A DNA stretch of 32,000 nucleotides from Opitutales bacterium (GTDB taxonomy: Bacteria; Verrucomicrobiota; Verrucomicrobiia; Opitutales; PNEW01). The stretch lies in the NCBI GenBank assembly GCA_965219535.1, contig CBDCNV010000002.1, positions 1,770,001 to 1,802,000 of the forward strand, read 5' to 3'. A program made the translations under genes and the position numbers. The first letter of the stretch is position 1, and every line of letters begins with the position of its first letter. Below, piece after piece: positions 29,381 to 32,000 of the stretch. The notes below the pieces were generated by a model. That model ran no database searches and was not told the origin of the DNA. It worked only from the letters and a program-made list of their open reading frames with translations.

Positions 29381-31678
29381 TTAGAATAGATTCGCTATTG
29401 CGGTATCGTATTCAGTCTTCGTCAGGTCTTTAAAAGCTGTGCGACGGAAAGTGCGTACAATCGGAGCTCCCGGTGGATAACGGCCCTCGGCGAAGTTCTG
29501 GTTGAAGCCAAAGTCACGTGACGGCCACCGGTAATAACTGGTATAATTGGTCGGCCTCGATTGTGGGTGAACTTCGCTTTCAAATAAAGAGACGAGCGAA
29601 CCGCGGATAGTCATTGTTCCCCCACCCCAATTTTCAATCATACGGGGAAAATTATGAAGTCCACCACTCGAGGTTCCATCCGCGTTGGGTGTTCCATTGG
29701 GATAAGTGGGAGCGAGTCCAGTTATTAGAGCGGCAGATATTTCAATGTAAGTTTGATTGTTCCATGACCTTGCCGGGTGAGCGCCATCCGTGGGATGATT
29801 GGCGCTCGTGCTCCATTGCATGTTTTCATTACTTTCTTCGCGATTTTGCCCATACCTGGCGGAGAGGATTGTCGTTGTATCACCAGCGAGGAGCGCGGGT
29901 GGTTCATCTACCGCGTTAACATCATCGGGCTCCGTAGAATCATTGGTATGTGCAAGCCCATTAGCGTTGTAGGAACCAGAAATATAAAGCGGGCTATTCG
30001 TCGCCAGTGACATGCCGCGCTCGTCGCCAAATTGTCCGGCTTGCGCACTGTCTTGTTTCGGATCGGGAATCTCTTTTGCGTTAATCGTTTGTACAACCAA
30101 GTCGGCGAATTTGCTGACAACAAGTTTGTCGTTTCCCGAACGGTTCAAAGCAGCAGTGTCAAGCGGCTGAGTGGGAAGTTCGACATAGACAACCCCGTTC
30201 CACCAGCTGGAAGGTTTTGACGAATCATCTCCACCACTGTCCCAATTAACATTGCTTTCAATTGCGTCTTTAAGCCCGCCCGTGCCGACGTTGAGACTGA
30301 TCACATCGAGGGCACCGTCACCATTACTGTCCACACGTTTGTCGAACATGCCACCAATGACATTATTGTCAGCGGTTCCATCGGTGGTATACTCATCTAC
30401 ATGGCCGTTAGCTACGAGAGCTGCATCTTTCGTGGGATCTATTCCAGAAAACTGGTTAGCTGATACCGTAGCGCCACCGATTACGTTTGCCGGGAAATCA
30501 TCAAGCTCGATCTCAATGGGGTCGCCATTGCCGTCGAAAACGAGATCACTCGTCGGGTCCTCGTTATCCACGCGCTGGTAGCGATAGGCATTCACCTTAT
30601 AATTATTGGGGTTAGCACCCGTGACTCTGAAAATTAAACCTGCTTTGAAAGCGAACTTTTGAGCGCGCACATTAACTCCCTTATAATTGGGATCGGTTGT
30701 CGATAGAACCGGTTCGATAATTGAATAAGCGTAGTTTTCAAGTTCGTTGCCGTCAGGATCATTTTTATCGGTCGTCGGATTATCGGGAATATAGGGCAAT
30801 ACTTCCAATGCATTCAGGGTGGGTACACCGTGGTCTCCATCCTGGGCGTTACCATCCCAAGTCTGATCGGCGAGTTCCACCCAATCACCGTCGCGGTTGT
30901 CCAACCACGATTCATCATTCGAAACCGTTCCACCTTCATACATGCTGACTAAATTACCGCTTCCATCTTTAATATTTACGTCACCGGTATAGTCATGCAG
31001 GCCGTTTGCTTTTCGACCATGCATAATTCTTCCCCCCGCGGTGACTGTGCCATGCAGGTTGAGCGGTCCACTCGATTTGGCCATCGCCCAGACGTCCGTG
31101 TTAGAATGAATGGGGCCGCCGATATCCATCGCTGAACCCGAGTGCATCTCCAAGTCCATATTATAAAAGACGGCGTGGCTGAGAAGGGGGGCATCGCGAA
31201 CTTGAAGCGTCTGCGTAGTGTAAGAATTTAATGCTTTGCCAAGCGCTGGAGTGGAAGTCGCTTTTCCATAAATCGTTACTTCCTGCACGCGGACAAGTTT
31301 ACCTTTCAAGGGGTCGAATTCATTCGCTGGATTAAGGGGATCGATATAGACACCGGGTGGCAAGGGGAATTCTGTGACTTGTCCCCCGAATAATTCAGCA
31401 GAGGCCGTATCTATACTAGTCCCCGCATAAAAAGTATCAAAGCTGTAATCCGTTATGACGAGCGGATTTGCCTGGAGGTAATTGGTGGGCAGGGAAGAGG
31501 AGGTGGTAAACTTTCTTACCATTTCCGAAAATCCGTACTCCACAATGGACTCCGAAGCATTTTTGGCTTCATGCCGCAGGACATGTCTTTTGTTTATCAT
31601 TTTTTCTGTTACCCCCCAGCGGAGTGTGACTCCGATGACAATAAAGAAGGCAACGCCGATAATAAGAACGCTTACCAA
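29381..31678 (-). CDS. Large PilX_N-like (minor-pilin/pseudopilin-type anchor) surface protein, 765 aa; start codon uncertain
   Basis: N-terminal hydrophobic helix VSVLIIGVAFFIVIGVTL is followed by the helical HEAKNASESIVEYGFSEM, as in PilX-type proteins. The long Gly/Asn/Asp/Thr-rich body has GPIHSNTDVW and Ca-binding-like DSNGDGALD and DGNGDPIE motifs. The track start is a TTG, and the frame stays open upstream to 31795. Confidence 0.6.
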   Translation of the reverse strand: MVSVLIIGVAFFIVIGVTLRWGVTEKMINKRHVLRHEAKNASESIVEYGFSEMVRKFTTSSSLPTNYLQANPLVITDYSFDTFYAGTSIDTASAELFGGQVTEFPLPPGVYIDPLNPANEFDPLKGKLVRVQEVTIYGKATSTPALGKALNSYTTQTLQVRDAPLLSHAVFYNMDLEMHSGSAMDIGGPIHSNTDVWAMAKSSGPLNLHGTVTAGGRIMHGRKANGLHDYTGDVNIKDGSGNLVSMYEGGTVSNDESWLDNRDGDWVELADQTWDGNAQDGDHGVPTLNALEVLPYIPDNPTTDKNDPDGNELENYAYSIIEPVLSTTDPNYKGVNVRAQKFAFKAGLIFRVTGANPNNYKVNAYRYQRVDNEDPTSDLVFDGNGDPIEIELDDFPANVIGGATVSANQFSGIDPTKDAALVANGHVDEYTTDGTADNNVIGGMFDKRVDSNGDGALDVISLNVGTGGLKDAIESNVNWDSGGDDSSKPSSWWNGVVYVELPTQPLDTAALNRSGNDKLVVSKFADLVVQTINAKEIPDPKQDSAQAGQFGDERGMSLATNSPLYISGSYNANGLAHTNDSTEPDDVNAVDEPPALLAGDTTTILSARYGQNREESNENMQWSTSANHPTDGAHPARSWNNQTYIEISAALITGLAPTYPNGTPNADGTSSGGLHNFPRMIENWGGGTMTIRGSLVSLFESEVHPQSRPTNYTSYYRWPSRDFGFNQNFAEGRYPPGAPIVRTFRRTAFKDLTKTEYDTAIANLF

Positions 31679-31743
31679 GGCTGACCCTTTTTGAGAAAGG
31701 AGAGAACCTGAACGGAAGTTATTTAATGTAGTAGTTATGGGAA

Positions 31744-31881
31744 TTATATAGTTAAGTCCTTTTTCTTTTTTCGTTTCGATCTGGCTCGCTTTTTAAGTCG
31801 ATTATTTTGAGCCTCATTTTTGGGTTTTGGTCTATAACTAAGAACTTTTTTTGTAATCGCTTCCAATATTTGAGATTTCAT
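31744..31881 (-). CDS. Possible 45-aa highly basic ORF (MKSQILEAITKKVLSYRPKPKNEAQNNRLKKRARSKRKKKKDLTI)
   Basis: My own translation; it is below the ORF-track size cut-off. GAGGAG lies 8 nt upstream of the ATG, and the ATG overlaps the TGA of the upstream transposase-like ORF (ATGA). It may simply be IS terminal sequence. Confidence 0.2.
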   Translation of the reverse strand: MKSQILEAITKKVLSYRPKPKNEAQNNRLKKRARSKRKKKKDLTI

Positions 31882-32000
31882 TTCGTCAACTCCTCATAGG
31901 TTAGTCTCCGACCAATGCACGCTTGAATGAAACTATCCAGTCGGGCGAGTGTGTGGCGCGTGCAGTTTCCTTCATTTAGTCTGAAAGAAAATTCGTTTAC
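31878..32000 (-). CDS. IS1595/ISXO2-like transposase, C-terminal 40 codons only (gene continues beyond the window)
   Basis: My translation of the minus strand gives VNEFSFRLNEGNCTRHTLARLDSFIQACIGRRLTYEELTK*. This matches the remembered C-terminal signature of IS1595-family transposases (..EF.FR.N.....T...l......gkrLtY.eL). Confidence 0.55.
   Translation of the reverse strand, partial: VNEFSFRLNEGNCTRHTLARLDSFIQACIGRRLTYEELTK

Noticed and set aside
1-32000. A search by eye for CRISPR arrays, tRNA or rRNA genes, and long tandem or dispersed repeats.
   Set aside because: Every non-coding gap is 225 bp or shorter, apart from the right edge. None shows regularly spaced repeats, a tRNA-like T-arm (GGTTCGAATCC-type) or rRNA-like sequence. 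A computational scan (tRNAscan-SE, Infernal/Rfam, self-dotplot) would still be needed to exclude small ncRNAs.

Overview
About 93% of the window is coding, with roughly 30 genes at moderate GC. A hand count gives about 50% GC in core genes and far lower values in a few intergenic regions. Most genes are housekeeping: purL(partial)-purF-purM, ppgK, zwf-opcA, tyrS, a peroxiredoxin, acnA, trpB and yicC, plus several sugar-type oxidoreductases and hydrolases. I saw no rRNA, tRNA or CRISPR array. The long-form PurF, the PilX_N-like giant protein, the GAF-fused secretion ATPase and the STAS/PP2C module suggest a PVC-group organism (Verrucomicrobiota or a relative). That is an inference I cannot verify here. 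I found no clear multi-gene novel system. The regions worth a second look are: (1) a STAS protein plus a membrane GAF-PP2C phosphatase 16 nt downstream of aconitase, with no kinase or sigma partner nearby; (2) an orphan PilB/GspE-type ATPase with an N-terminal GAF domain, transcribed divergently from yraN across a very AT-rich spacer; (3) a conserved HNH nuclease next to a small basic protein that looks AP2-like; (4) a 61-aa RHH-like, Cys-terminated microprotein downstream of tyrS with its own SD; (5) at the right edge, a 765-aa PilX_N-like protein that lacks a canonical start for its expected N-terminus, abutted by the tail of an IS1595-type transposase gene. All functional calls come from reading motifs by eye in the supplied translations. 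No database search was run.
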